Origin: Chrysomallon squamiferum | Taxonomy: Eukaryota; Animalia; Mollusca | Assembly (NCBI GenBank): GCA_012295275.1 | Contig: CM022679.1 | Location: 9,920,001-9,984,000 of the forward strand | Direction: 5' to 3' | DNA length: 64,000 bases | Part shown: positions 39,109 through 53,400 of the stretch, piece by piece | Numbering within the stretch: the first letter of the stretch is position 1 | Layout of the letters: every line of letters begins with the position of its first letter | Program-made: the position numbers and the translations under genes | Notes under the pieces: model-generated | What the model was told of the DNA's origin: nothing | Databases searched by the model: none | What the model saw: only the letters and a program-made list of their open reading frames with translations

Positions 39109-39761
39109 GCATATGTATACGTATATTATTATGCGTATGTACATACACATACACTTATACATTTATTTACATATTTACCCCAATGGTTCCATCCTCTTAT
39201 TTCAACAATAAAAAAATAAACAAAAAACAAACAAACAACAACAACAACAAAAATAATAATAAGATAACCTGTGAAAGTAGGAACAAATGGCCTAAACTTT
39301 GTGTTCGGTTAAAAATTTCGTTTCTTGTTACGGTTTTTCTTATTTTTTCTTATTCTGGGGACTGATGTTTGTAGGTGGGTTTTTTTAATATTGTTTTTGT
39401 GTTGTTATACCTTGTTATTATCTTACAGAATAAACAAATAAAAACCTGAAAATAAACAAAATGTATTCACACCAATTGTTCATATCATCACATATACACT
39501 TTAAGGCAATTCAGGCAAAAATAAATGATTTATTAGTACTATGTAAAGGTTATACTATATAATATTAAAACAGAAATTCAAAAACTACTTACGGTAAATC
39601 TTTTTTTGATTTAGACTCCATTGTAAATCAATAATCAGCTAAATTAATCCGATAAATAATGAACGTCTATATAATCCACGTTCTTTTGAAACAAACGTTG
39701 TCGTGGAAACACGGATGACGTCAGAAATATGGTTGACGTTATGCGCCTGCCGGGAAAATAC

Positions 39762-39807
<46 letters not shown>

Positions 39808-40116
39808 CAGACATTTAATACATATACATTAATATGCAAGAACTGGTTTCATATAAATATCTTAGTAAAGAAAACGTCGACACAGATCGTATTTCTATAA
39901 ATTTATTTTATTACATTTTTTAATATCGATACTATAATATAACTGCGTACAGTGTCTTAGGTGATTAAGAAAGAAAGAAAGAAAGAAAAAAAAACGAAAA
40001 AAAAAAAACAAAACAAAACAAAACAAACAAACAAAAAATCACTGTTCTGGAATCTACTGCAAGCTAATGTTCAGCCTATGCCAATGATTTTCTAAAATAA
40101 TTTGAAATGCCGCATG

Positions 40117-40153
<37 letters not shown>

Positions 40154-40341
40154 AGATGATAATACATGCACTTTTTATACTGGTTAATCTCTGGTAGGAG
40201 ATTTTTATACCGGTTAACCTCTGCTGGTAGATAATGACAGCTGAAGCTACAAAAATAATTTCTTTATAATTACGTACATTTATTTTTTCTCTCTCTCTGC
40301 TTTGTTAAACATCCCATAATTATAACCTCCTCTGCAAAGGT

Positions 40342-40660
40342 ATAGGCTTTAGTTCAGCGTTTAGATCATTTGCTCAAGATAAGATACGTCACGGGACTAA
40401 TCTTCATTAGATTATATCCCATACCACCCAGGATCTTTCATCTTGCTCGATTGAATGGACTTAATTACAGCTTCCTTTAGAAAAGGAGTAGGCTGTAGTT
40501 CAATGGTTTGAGCACAAACCTGAGATATGATATGTCACATGGAGTCTAATATAATAAAGCTCAGTGCACACATTGATTTATCGTCAGTTCCAGCTAGTGT
40601 CCTAGGTACTTTCCTCACTGTGAGCAGATGTATGTAAAAGATCGAGAAGAACAATAGATA
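40342..40660 (+). mobile_element. Two decayed tRNA-derived SINE heads in tandem
   Basis: ggctttagttcagcgtttag...gagataagatacgtcac-like (40345) and ggctgtagttcaatggtttgagcac...gagatatgatatgtcac (40491) resemble each other and are A-box-like. Confidence 0.45.
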
Positions 40661-40809
40661 GTTGACGGAACGTACAGGACTGATGTGTTATGTAAATGAT
40701 CTATTTCTGTTCAAGTGATAAAAATAGACCACAGAAGGAAGGGACATAACTAGTGACAGAATGCCTTTTGTAAAATATTTATTTCTGTTAAGTGATAAAA
40801 ATAGTCCAT

Positions 40810-41092
40810 AGAAGGAAGGGACATGACTGTTAAAATGTCTGTCTGCTCAAAATGAAATGGATTGGTGGATCAAACCCTCTTTGAGGACACTTAATTATTT
40901 CTCATTTCAGAAGGAAGGGTAACATGACTTAATAAAGAATGTGGGTCTGTCTATCCCCAACTGTGGGATGATGGTTGGAAAAATGCTTTATTGCTTGGTT
41001 ATTAAAAATTTGCCCATGAAGTGGCCATAAATGTAACGATAAATAAAATGTGTTAAATGTATTATTCAATAAAATATTTCCTTCCTTCCTTC
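40810..41092 (+). mobile_element. Decayed SINE with (TTCC)n tail
   Basis: Core ctatccccaactgtgggatg...gcccatgaagtggc, and 3' end aaataaaatgtgtt...aataaaatatttccttccttccttc. It is related to the reverse-oriented fragments at 12714, 55135 and 63845. A ~50-bp direct repeat occurs at 40701/40779. Confidence 0.55.
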
Positions 41093-41299
41093 TAAATCTT
41101 GGTATGGTGTCAGGTTTTTGTATGGATTGTCATGTTTAACAAACTTATAATAATCATTAAATCAAAATTGTCATTAAAATCATTTTCATTATTTGATTCA
41201 TTCATAAGATCTAAACTTCACCAGCAGTAATTTCTTTAAAGTCATAACATGTAAAACAACCATCTTAACCTAAGCCATACTTATGAGAAAAAAAAATAA

Positions 41300-41353
<54 letters not shown>

Positions 41354-41479
41354 GACTTTTTTCTCTTTAAATTCATCCAAGAAAAAAAAAAAAAAAAAAA
41401 AAAATAAAACAACAAACAAGCAAACAAACAAGCACACAAAACAAAAGAAAACTTGTGAATAAAAATTAAAAATTAAAAT

Positions 41480-44400
41480 TTATTTCGATTCTGGATCAGG
41501 TATGGCTTGTTTAGGATCACAGGTAAAAGAAACTGTGATAGCATATCTCACTCCATCCTTCAGTCTCTCCACAAAATGAACATTTTCTGAGCCTGAGGTG
41601 AAAAATGAAACTCTCCCTGAAGTACAAAAAATGTGTAAGTTGTTATTAATAGTTTAATGATGAAAGATTTAGTTCATTTTATATTTTATAGTTTAATAAA
41701 AGTTTTTATGGTCAATGATATACATGTAATTAATTTTTTTTTATCTTTGCTATTAAATTTTACCATTTATTATTAACATTTAAAAAAAAAAATTATAATA
41801 TATTTTAACATTTTTAAATTTATTTTATTATTATTTTTATTAAAAAATTTTGTTACCTTTCAACAGTAATTTTATACATATTATTATTTAAAATAAAAGA
41901 AGCAATTAGAAACAATTATAGTAAACTTCCACTTAAAATTTCCTTCAAATAATTACCACAAAGATTCCTTAACATTCATTTTCTTGTAAAACGATTCACA
42001 CAAGTGAGATAATGAGAAAACAAACCTAATTTTGGTTCCACTGTTTTGTTCTTTTCTTTGTCTATGAAGATAAACCTGCCCCCATTAAAATCTTCCCCAT
42101 ATGTTGTGAGATAAAGTAATGATGTGTAGTGAAATGAACCGTAAGTATTCTGTAACAGAAACACAGTTTTATTTATAAAGACAAATTAGTAAAAATATTA
42201 AAAAATTTTAAATTAATTATATATATATGTGTGTGTGTGTGATAGTGTGAGTGTGTGTATGTATGTGTGTGTGTGTATGTGTGTGTGTTTATTGCTTTTT
42301 GGTAATTGATTTTCTGATCTGCACACAAACACACACACAGATATATATATACACAGACAAACAGACACATATATAAATCTTTTGCATTGTTTTGTTTTTA
42401 ATCTATCTGTCTATCCATCTATCTATCTATCTATACATATATATGAAACAGAAGAAGAGAGATAGACATATAAATCCTAGCAATATCATACTATTTTATA
42501 AAAATAAACATCAAAGCCTTTCATTTCATTAAAAGAACTTGTAAAAGGAAAAAAAGAACATCAATTTAACACACCATATTAATAAATTTAGCAAAGTATT
42601 TAATATAAATTACACTTTTTATACCTCTAAGACATGCATTAATATTTGATTTTAAAAACTGGGAAACATATTCAATAACAAATGCATAAATATATTATTA
42701 ATGGAGAAAAAAGCCTCAGGTATATTTTTTACTTTCAATAATAAAAATGAAAATTATATAACTAAATTCATAACAGACCTTGTCAATATGTGGATGCCAG
42801 TATTCATCATGTATAGTCTTTGGCAATGTCATATTCATTCGTGAAAAAAATGTAGGCTTTGTAAGATACAAGGATTTCTTAGGGATGTCAAACTCTGTTG
42901 CTATGGCAGCGTGGATTTGATCTTTGACTTTCCTAACATTGCAAAATAAAATGTGCATTAAAAATATATTTATACTTAAAATAAAGGGAAAAAAAATAAT
43001 GATTATGTAGTTAAAATATATTTTTATTTTATGTATTTTAAAAAATAGTACAACTGAAGGAGGATTCAAATTTAAATCATTTTATATAATGTAATAATTA
43101 TTTAAAAATTGTGAATTATTAGTATTAAAAATCAAAATCTCATCTGAAGAATAATTAGAAATGTTATTAATTCAATGTGAAGTAAAACAAAAAAATTTAA
43201 GAGACATATTTATGTTTAAAATATTTTTGACTTACTTATATATTCTAAAATCTTCTTCTTGCAGTAAATTAAGATTCTCTGACTTCAGTAACCTAAATGA
43301 AAACAGGTTTGTTTGATATATTCTTAATCTTTACAATGGTAAATGTATATTATTATTATTCCATTATTATTATTAATGTTATTTTATTGTTCTTTTCAAT
43401 TGCAAAATCCAGATAAATGAAGGTAAAAATTTAAAACTTATATTCTTTGTATAGTTTTCTTCTTAAAATAAAATATCAGTTTTAAAAAATAAATATTGTA
43501 TGTAAATTCCACTGTTTTATGGATAATGAAAAACAGTCAATCTATATCACAAATGTATCTTTTTTACAATACAGATGGTAGATAGATATATAGACAGATA
43601 GACAGATAAAGATAGACATAGACAGATAGATAGGTGAAATTCTAACCTGTAGATGCTGACAAAAGCATTTCCCATTGACAAGGCACCTGAGTGCAGATCT
43701 AGAATTGAAGCCTTTTTCAAAAATATACAATTATTATAATTAAAAAAGAATGAGAAAACAAAATGATATAAAAATATAAAACTTAATATAATGATAAATT
43801 TTGTCATCTAAATATTTTTTTAAAGATAGTAACTCTACATTATTTATATCTTATAATATTTAGTGTACTAGATTATGTTCAAAGTATACTCTATAATATT
43901 ATTAATAAATTATGTATAATAGAAACAATTCATTTAAATGGATATTTGTTTCAGTAAAGAAATTATAAATCAGTTGTTAAAATCTCACCCCTCCACTAGA
44001 TCCACCAAGTTGTAAACATTTTTGAGCAACTCTACAAAATAAATTTGAAAAATAAAAATAAATTTCTGATTTTTATCCAAAAAAAAAAAAAAAATAAAAA
44101 AAAATAAAAATAAAAATAAAAATTATAAAATAAAATAAAATAAAATAAAATAAAATAAAATAAAATAAAATAAAATAAATAAATAAATAAAATTAATTAA
44201 ATAAATAAAATTAATAAAATTTAAATGTTAAGACAAATATTTAATCTGGTATCTTCTACAAACTTTTTATAACATAAATAATTTTAAAAAAACACACCAA
44301 TACACACACACATCACAGTAAATCTATGATTATACACAAAATTTGATAATCTATCTGTTGTATGTACAGCTAAACCAACAGACCTGTAATTTATTATCAT

Positions 44401-46535
44401 TTCTTATACCTTCTTAAATTAACAAGTTATTATTATCATTTTAAATCTCACTATTAAAAAAACAGAAATAAAGGCATGGTTGAAACGAGAATATTTTGAA
44501 CCCACAAAACCTTTTCTATCTTTTTTCCTAATTTGAAAACATGCTAAAAATTACAACAGAATTGTTTACCAAAAACAAATTACAGCAGTTTTTATTGTCA
44601 GTGGTTTCATGCTTGCTGGTGCTGTGACTAATCTTTGTCCTTTCATTATTGATGTATCAAGTGTTTTGGTATGTATTTTCCTGTCTACAGAAATAATCTC
44701 TTGCTGCAAATCTGCAGCAAAAATCCTTAACATGCTTTATCATTACTGTATGTATATTTAATATTGAATATATACTAAACAAAAGTTCTATTAAAGATTT
44801 AATAGGAATATTAATATTAATACACTGAAAATCTATTTAAATATTTGAAACACAATAATAAATAAAATTAAAAAAAACCCAAACAGTTTAAGTGCCAATT
44901 CATAAATAAACATTGTTTACTTTAATATCATAAATAGGTAATATTTAATGTATTCATAATAAAATGGCATGCAAATTAAAAAAATAATAAATAACAATAA
45001 TAACTGTAAAGTATCATTTATCAATTACATCAAAAGACATGAGGTATCCTTGAAAGTCTCATGTAGGTAAAAATTTCAATAGAAGATATTTTTTCTACAG
45101 TTTCAAATTAATAATTCAGGAGAAGAGCTTACCCAAGCAGATGTTTGGCATCATCTTTGGAGATTATATTATCCATGACAACTCTGGCACATCTTTTTGG
45201 CTTACAGCCTAAAAAAAAAAAAAAAAAAAAAATACATAAAAGCAAATTATGTGTTTAAAATATTTCTTATTTCACATTTGTAAAAACTGTAATCATTTGG
45301 TGAAAATCAATACTGTTACCATTCGTTTTATGTCTATTTTTCTATGAACTATAAACAGATATTTTTGAATATGTAGTAGTTAAGGTATTAGAGATTTCCA
45401 TTTATCAATAAAGGTGAAAACACTGACATCTGAAACAATGGAGCAGGGGAGCAACTGTCCTCCCAAATTCTGGAAAATTTGGATAAAGCAAGAAGAAAAT
45501 AATATTTATTTCTAAGTTGCATGTTTTGTGATTTGTTTATCTGTGTGTTGTCAACTGAAAAATAGTAGTTTTATTAGAACAGAGTTTTTGATCTGTAAAA
45601 TTTTGGGTAAATTAACCATTCAGCTTTAACATAACCAAAGAGTTAGGAGCACATGCCTGTATGCAAAGGTTTACAACTATTACATTTTATTTTGTCTTTG
45701 ATTAATCTTCTAATAAATCTTGTCAAACTCGTACATTTTCTATAAGGAAGAGTAAAATGAAAATTATCAAAGGAAAAATGAAATGATTTGAATCAAAGAT
45801 GAATAGATAATTTAAAAGATATTTCTCTGACAGGCTAACATTTTCTTGGGCAGAAAATCAGCACTTTTGTAATACATGACCAAAAAAAAATTGTTTTTGA
45901 ATAATCAGAAGTCAAAAGCATATTTCAAAGGATTGACTTAATTCAGTTATGAGATTTAAATAAATAAATAAAAAAGGAGAAACAGTTATAGCTATTATTA
46001 TTTTTCTTTAGTTCATACTGAATTACCTATATAGTCTGTTTCTGGATATCTTGTATGTATTTATTAACAACATATTAAATTTTTGTTATAATAATTATAC
46101 TTCTAGATATATGGTATGACACAACATTATGCATGTATGTATACATATGCACATGATATGATTATACCTTTGCAAAAAAAAAAAAAAAATTCATGTATAT
46201 TTATAAATAAGCATGAAGGTCTGTATCTATGTATTTATGTATGTAATTAAGAATTTAATTTTTTTCTCTTACTTTGAAATTCTTCATTATCGTAGTCATG
46301 GGAACAGGGAACTTCAAGCACTGCTCTGGTCACTGTGTCTCTGGCACTGACAAATATTTCTTCTGTACTTCTGTTACTTAAAAAATACACTGCAGCTAAA
46401 CACATTAGCAAAGGCAGGAATGCAAAAAGTTTCCATTTTTTAGATTTTTTAGGTTCAAGATCATGTCTGGGATCTTCCTTTCTAGAAAGAAAAATATACA
46501 CACATTCATACATACATGTGTGTGTGTGTGCTCAC

Positions 46536-46584
<49 letters not shown>

Positions 46585-46981
46585 TAAATAGATTTTATTT
46601 ATTGAAAAATAATCATGCATGACTCTTAGCAAAAATATGCATGTTCTTAGTTCACTGTGTGTGTGTGTGTATGTGTGTCTGTGTGTGTGTGTGTCTGTGT
46701 GTTTTATCCATTTTAATTCTTTATTACAACAATATTCTGACATTTGTTAAAAAAAGGTATAAAATAATTTTTGAAAACTTTATTAAACTGGATTTATTTA
46801 TTTTGTTGTTGTTATTATTTTTTTTTCATTTGTTTCATATATATAAATTTTAGCATTCAGATTTTAGTAGTATTATCTTATAAAATTATGTTATTGACTT
46901 AAAATATGTATCTCACCCATCTTTCTTGGCAGTGTTTTGAGATGTAATTCTGTGTTTTACTTGCTGTTCATTCTGTGTCAT
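41480..46981 (-). CDS. OGFOD3: 2-oxoglutarate and iron-dependent oxygenase domain-containing protein 3
   Basis: Exons 46981-46917, 46481-46273, 45208-45133, 44031-43989, 43711-43647, 43292-43236, 42932-42779, 42149-42026, 41616-41480, all phase-consistent. It has an N-terminal TM segment, then GGSSGGASILDLHSGALS, LYLTKPTFFSR, HDEYWHPHIDK (HxD), TYGSFHYTSLLYL, FTSGSENVHFVE (distal His) and RYAITVSFTC. Confidence 0.93.
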
Positions 46982-47169
46982 ATTTGTTGTTATAATAACA
47001 TATTACTCAGAGAACGAAAGAAAACTGCTGTAAACAGAACAAAATTAGTTAACTTTCCAGTTAATTTTGAAGGAAAGCAAAAATTATTATTATTATTATT
47101 ATTATATCAAAAATATAACATACACGCTATAAAATGATTTTGTATTTTATTACTTATTTTTTATTCATT

Positions 47170-47640
47170 ATTATTACGAACTCACGCATTCATAGACTCA
47201 CTTCTGCATTTACTACTATTAGCAGTCGACATCTTACAAAATTTAGAACAAACTATAATCTGACGCTAGAGGCGATCGCAACGATTTATGTAACTTTGTA
47301 TCTATAATTAGTAAGCAGTAAATTACCTTTTTCAATTACAAAACGAACATGCAGCGTTTGTCATCCTCCATTGCCAAAAAATTCAATCATAACGTTAACA
47401 TCGACGTGACCAAATCTCAGACATCCACGTTGTAGTTGTTGTCTAAGGGAGACAATTCTAAATCACTTAAGATAACACCTCATTGTTCTTACGGTGAAGC
47501 GTTCAGGTATTTATTTGGGTAAGCACGTTACGAGAAGACTGTCAAGAACATATCTATTAACTAACAATAAACATCAGTCCTAACAGTCTTTCGTTGTTGG
47601 ATTTGGCTAAAATATGCAAAATGACAGCGTCTATTACTGA
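47170..47640. promoter_or_regulatory. CpG-retaining putative promoter / 5' region of OGFOD3
   Basis: A local cluster of CpGs just upstream of the ATG in otherwise CpG-depleted DNA. A possible minus-strand donor (ttac, ~47323-47326) may mark a 5'UTR exon. Confidence 0.5.
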
Positions 47641-47662
47641 TGGATTTTATAAATTTATTCAT

Positions 47663-47698
<36 letters not shown>

Positions 47699-49753
47699 TA
47701 ATAACAATGATATTAAAAATAATTTTGTTGTTGTTGTTATTTTAATTCTGAAATTATGTATTTGTATCTGCTATTTAGGCGTGTTAGTGCATCAGACGTA
47801 TGCATTTCTGACACATGGCTTACATTTGTTGGAATATTGTTTGGAATATACAGAATCAACTAGATTTCATCCATTTTATTTTTGTAGTACATCACACCAA
47901 TTTTTAAATTTGGAATTAATATTTTGTAGATCAATTTATTTTAAGAAATAACAAAAACAGTAGGAGTAATAATATCAACAGGTATGTATATATTAGATTG
48001 AAAAATAATTTTATTTAAATAATTTATTTTTAATTCTTATATTAATTTAACAGCATCATTTTATACAATAACAGAAAACAAAGATGCTTATCAAAATTAG
48101 AATTTAGAACAAGAAATCTGAAACAGTTTATGCTTTTGTCACATTATGTGAGATAATTCAAGGATAGCAATTCATCAACCTGGATAATTTCTGTCTTCCC
48201 ATACTTAAGATGGTTTGTATGGCTTGAAAATTGTATTTCAAAACAGAAACTATTTAAATAATAATGAAAAAACAGCAGTGCATTTGTAAAATAATTTATT
48301 AATATTACACACCTCACAGAAAATAGCAAAAACATGCTAAAAAGAAAACGGCTAAAAATAACAGATGGGAGAAACAAAACATTTTGTTTTGGGTTATCAC
48401 AATAAATTTTGTTCTGTAACAGACCAAAATAATATCACCGTACTGACAACATACAATATATATATATAAACACATTTTGTTATAAAATCTACACGCACAA
48501 AATACTGAACACATGTTAAGAAATCTTTATTTGATTAGAATTACAAAATCTATTACAAACAGGTGTTATTTTGTTTTTAATTAAAAATCAAATAGCATCT
48601 GAAAAATATATTTTGTTAAAGAAGTATCAATTATACTTCAGATTAGCAGCACGAAGAACATATTGAAAATGATGTTATGTAAGTTTTTGGCACATCATTT
48701 GTAAAGGTTAAACAGTATATTAAAATCTTTGGTTTCATTTTTTTTTTGTCTCATATTTATATACGCTGCATTCGTTTTCATTATTATTGATGTCTGCCAA
48801 GATAAGCTTTGCTGTTTATTTGAACAGATGTTTTAATTACATCAAAAATATTGTTGGATTTATTATCAACAAAAGATACAAATTATTCTCCACAATTTAT
48901 TTTGATTATTTTGTAAATAATTTATACGTCTTTTAGTAATAATTAAATTAAGTAAACAAGAAATACAGAGGAAACAAACAAAAAAATTCTTCCAGTACTA
49001 AATATATTAAAAGGGCACTTAAGTTGAAAAAACAAAACTTAACATTTCACATCATAAACTTTTTTTTCCCCCTTTCTCAAACATAACCATACCAATGGTT
49101 GGAGATCTATACAAATATTTGAACAGTTTATACTTTGCTTATCAAATATTTATTTAAAAAATTAAAGGTCTCATGCTTTGGTGTTTAAGGGAAGGCAAGT
49201 TCATTAAGAGAAAGACATTAGAAAATTGTCTATATTGCAAAGGCACAAAAGAAAAGAAGGTTCTAGAACTCACTAACATGAATATTTTTTATTAATTTTT
49301 TAACTTCATTTTAAATTAACAACCAGTTAATAATAATAATAAGTACTAGCAGTTATAATTTCAGAACATTTCATAGGTTTGGGATTCTTTGCTCATTTGT
49401 TTTGTTTGCTCGTTGCTTTCATTGTTTAGTGTTATTTTGTATAAAAATAATTTAAAAACATACAGCATAATGAAAAACAAGTCATGGATATACAGATAGA
49501 ACACATAATGTACATACAGTATGAATGTTAAACAGCAAATAATTTGACATGCAAAACAAAATAAAAAACAAAAACAAAAGTCAACTGTGAGTTGATTACT
49601 CCTCACTGACATGGTTGTCTGTTTTATATAATAAGTTACTCTCATCTGAAATGCAATGCAGGGAATAGCCACTTCATGGAGTTAAAATAATGTTTCATTT
49701 AACAATACAAATCCATAAATTTATCCTGAATCTTTCTATCATTTTGTATTGAT

Positions 49754-49805
<52 letters not shown>

Positions 49806-50816
49806 ATATAATTATTATGATAATTAAAAAATATTAAACGGTATCTAGCAGTTGAGATCACACATTACAGTTGTTAAAGAAAAATATTTTAGTAGACATG
49901 TTTTTCAAATATCATTGATTGAAATAAACATCAAAGACAAATAAATAAGGGACATATTTGAATATAAAACTGACTAGAAAGATGTACAATGTATTCTTCA
50001 AAACATGCAGTCATCATTTCTGCCACTTTCTATTCAGGAACAGGCCTTTTCAATGTAGGTCATGATGACATCATCTGAATACATAACCCTGATCAGTTTG
50101 GATGATCAGCACAACTGTCATTCAAATATGTGTGTATGTGGAATAACCCAGATACTGACTTAAGGTATCAGCTTTAGAATGTTCCGATTCAATGAGACTC
50201 TGCTGAGCTACATGGAACCAATTGACCTGAGCAGGAAAAAGCTAATATTGTAAGACAGTAACCAGTTGTTATTACTTTTATCCTGCAATCCTAAATAATA
50301 CAGAAACTGTGAACTAACTAACAACAATAGTAAATTTACACAAACTGATTTTGTTATTGGAATATATGAAAACAAAGTAGTTTTTGATAATAACCATTTT
50401 TAAAATGAAAACTTTTTATGAATTGCCTTTTAATATTTAAACCAGCAATTAAACACTAAAAAGTATTTTTGAATATATATATATTTATATTAAATGTATA
50501 TGAAAAAAGTAATTTATTTAGTTATCATATCTTGCATCAGATTAATTGATCAAAAGATAATTTCATATACATTTCTTCATCAGAAGTATAAATAATATTT
50601 ACCTAATAAATGGAAACAGACTTATTAACATATTCTGAGTGGCACTTACAGGGTATTTGGAAATAAAATGTGAATATATGCAGTTCTTCAAATAAAATAT
50701 TATCCATGTCTGTTTCTTGTTTGATTTTGTGTTATTTAGTCTTTTAAAAACTTTTAAAAATAACTAAATTTCTGTTTCAATCTTTTCTAAATCCTCTATG
50801 TTGTAATTCTATTTAG

Positions 50817-50873
<57 letters not shown>

Positions 50874-53114
50874 TTATAAAAATATTTTTAATATTTGAAG
50901 ATGTACAAAACAAAAGTACATTATTAAAGTTTGTAATAATAAATAACAAACTGAAAAAATTATTTTCCTAATAATTTTTAAAAATATATTATTAGTAGTA
51001 TGTGTTTAAAACAATTTAGAATACATTTCTTTTAATCAAATATTCACATAATATAAACAACTATTTTTAAAAATACTAAATTTTACAAAGGGATGAACAA
51101 AAATAATACATACATGCTTTGACAATACTAATGAAGTAAAAAAATATTCATGTTCTATAAACAAATAGCTAGGTTAGTTAAAGCAGACAAAAACAGAACT
51201 GTAAAAAAATATATAATACTTTTTAAAAAAAACAAAAACAAATACAAAACAACATTATTTCATTTTTAAACAGGCAAAGGGTCAGAAATATCACTTAAAG
51301 CTAAGACCATTCACTGTAAAATTCTGGGACTAAAACAAACATGACATCATAAGAGAGCTCTGACAAAGCGTAACTGAAGCCACTTACAAATGAACACACA
51401 GTAAAATAACAAAACAGGCCAACATCTCATTATCTGAAATCAAAAAAATAATGTTCTTCTCAACATAAAGCTTTACTTGTGTAACAATGCACTCGAAGGA
51501 TTTCAGATAAGTGGTAGCGGATCTTCATAAATAATTAACTACATGTAAGTAACACTCATCACATTCTAAATATACATATAAGTAAAATTTGCCTTTTTAT
51601 TTTAAACATTTTGATGTTTGTTTTTTTAATATGTTTATCAGTATGTAAGAAAAACAACATCAAAATATAGATATACAGAAATAAAAAATTATCTTCATCA
51701 GCAGTTTGTATTCCAGTAGCCCAATTTTACAGTTGTGCATGCAAATATTTTCACAAATATGAAAATACCAAGCATTCTTAATTCAGTATCAAACTGATTA
51801 GTGCAAACATTTTTATCAGTAAATAATGAGTATTTATTGAGAATACACCCAAACTGTTTAAAAAAGATTGGCATCTCATGGTAATAATGTTTAAAATATT
51901 CATTAGCCCTGAAGTTTCAGCTGCAGATTTTTTGTTACATACAGTAAACGATAAATTTACCGTCAGTTGTTTGATACCAATAACATTATTTCTATTTTCC
52001 ACATATAAATAAATATGAAAATATATCATTCCTACAAAAAAAATATAAAAAAAAAATCTAAAGTTAGATATGAAAATCTTGAATTTTTACCAAAACATGA
52101 TAAAAACATCAAAAGATTTATTATTAATAACATGTTTTTATGCCATTATGTTTTTGTTTTTTTGAGTTTTTTGAATTCTCAGTTTTGATTGGTGATTGTA
52201 TAGTGTATAATGATGATATTACTTTTATATATATATAATGTAGATGGATTAAAAAGAGTAAACAAACCATTTTAATAATAAAAGAAAACATACTGAGCAT
52301 TTGTTGTAAAGTGAATTGATGACGCATTATCAAAATGAAATCTCAAAGTGAGGCCTTGAAAAAAAACGTACACTGTGTGGTTATGTCAAGTAATGTGCTT
52401 AAATTGATTAAAACAAAAAGGACAAAGCACATTAAAAATTACTTGGATAGTTAATCTTTTTTTGATCAAATCAAAAAAAAGTTAATGAAGGGATTCTTTT
52501 TTTTTTAAAGGGTTTAGTATTTTGTTATTTTCTCCACCAATCATATTTCTTAAAGGATAATATAAAATAAATTAAAGAACAATTTCAAAATTTCTGATTT
52601 TCTAAGAATATATTATTTGCACTTACAAATGTATGAAAAATGTTACCAAGAGAATTTAACCATGTTTAATTTTAAAGATGTTTTGATTTAAAATAAATGT
52701 TGTTATACATTATTAATTCAGTTGAGCAAAGTATTAAAATAATGTAATTTCAAATCCATGGTAAAGCAGTGTTCTTTTTATTTTAAAGTAAGTAATTATA
52801 CCTACATAACTGGATAATGAAGATGTCATGCACATTACTTGTTTGTTTTTTTTAATTTTAAAAAGCTGAGAATGAAGGAAAGTAATTTCATCATTAAAAT
52901 AAAAAGAGCAAAAATACTTTTTGAGGTAGGAAAATTCTTAATAGTATATTTTTTTTTAACACTCAGCTGCACATTTTACTTCAACAACACAATGTAAATT
53001 TTTATAGACCTATATAAACTCGTAACAAAATATGGGATAAAAATCTACCATGTAAAATGAGCTATTAGAAATATATCTTGTAAAAATAAATACAAACAAA
53101 AGTAAAAAATGTTG

Positions 53115-53361
53115 TCACAATTCTCCAGCTATTGCAGATGTCAAAGCTTGGTCCACTGCTTTTGTTCCAAGCAAGTAGGTGCAGACGGCATAGTAGTGAA
53201 AGATGGCTCCAACCAGGACAAAACAGTGCCATATTGCGTGCGCGAACGGAATGATGCCGTCACACTTGAAAAACACCACTCCTGAGACATAGGTGATTCC
53301 TCCCAGTGCAAGTTCAAACACACCTGACATATCTTTCTACAAAAAATAAAAAAAAAAAAAA

Positions 53362-53400
<39 letters not shown>

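Noticed and set aside
45425-45665. Possible decayed MITE (ggagcaggggagcaactgtcctcccaaattc...), and another at 56056-56180
   Set aside because: Suggestive from memory only; I could not establish paired terminal inverted repeats or target-site duplications.
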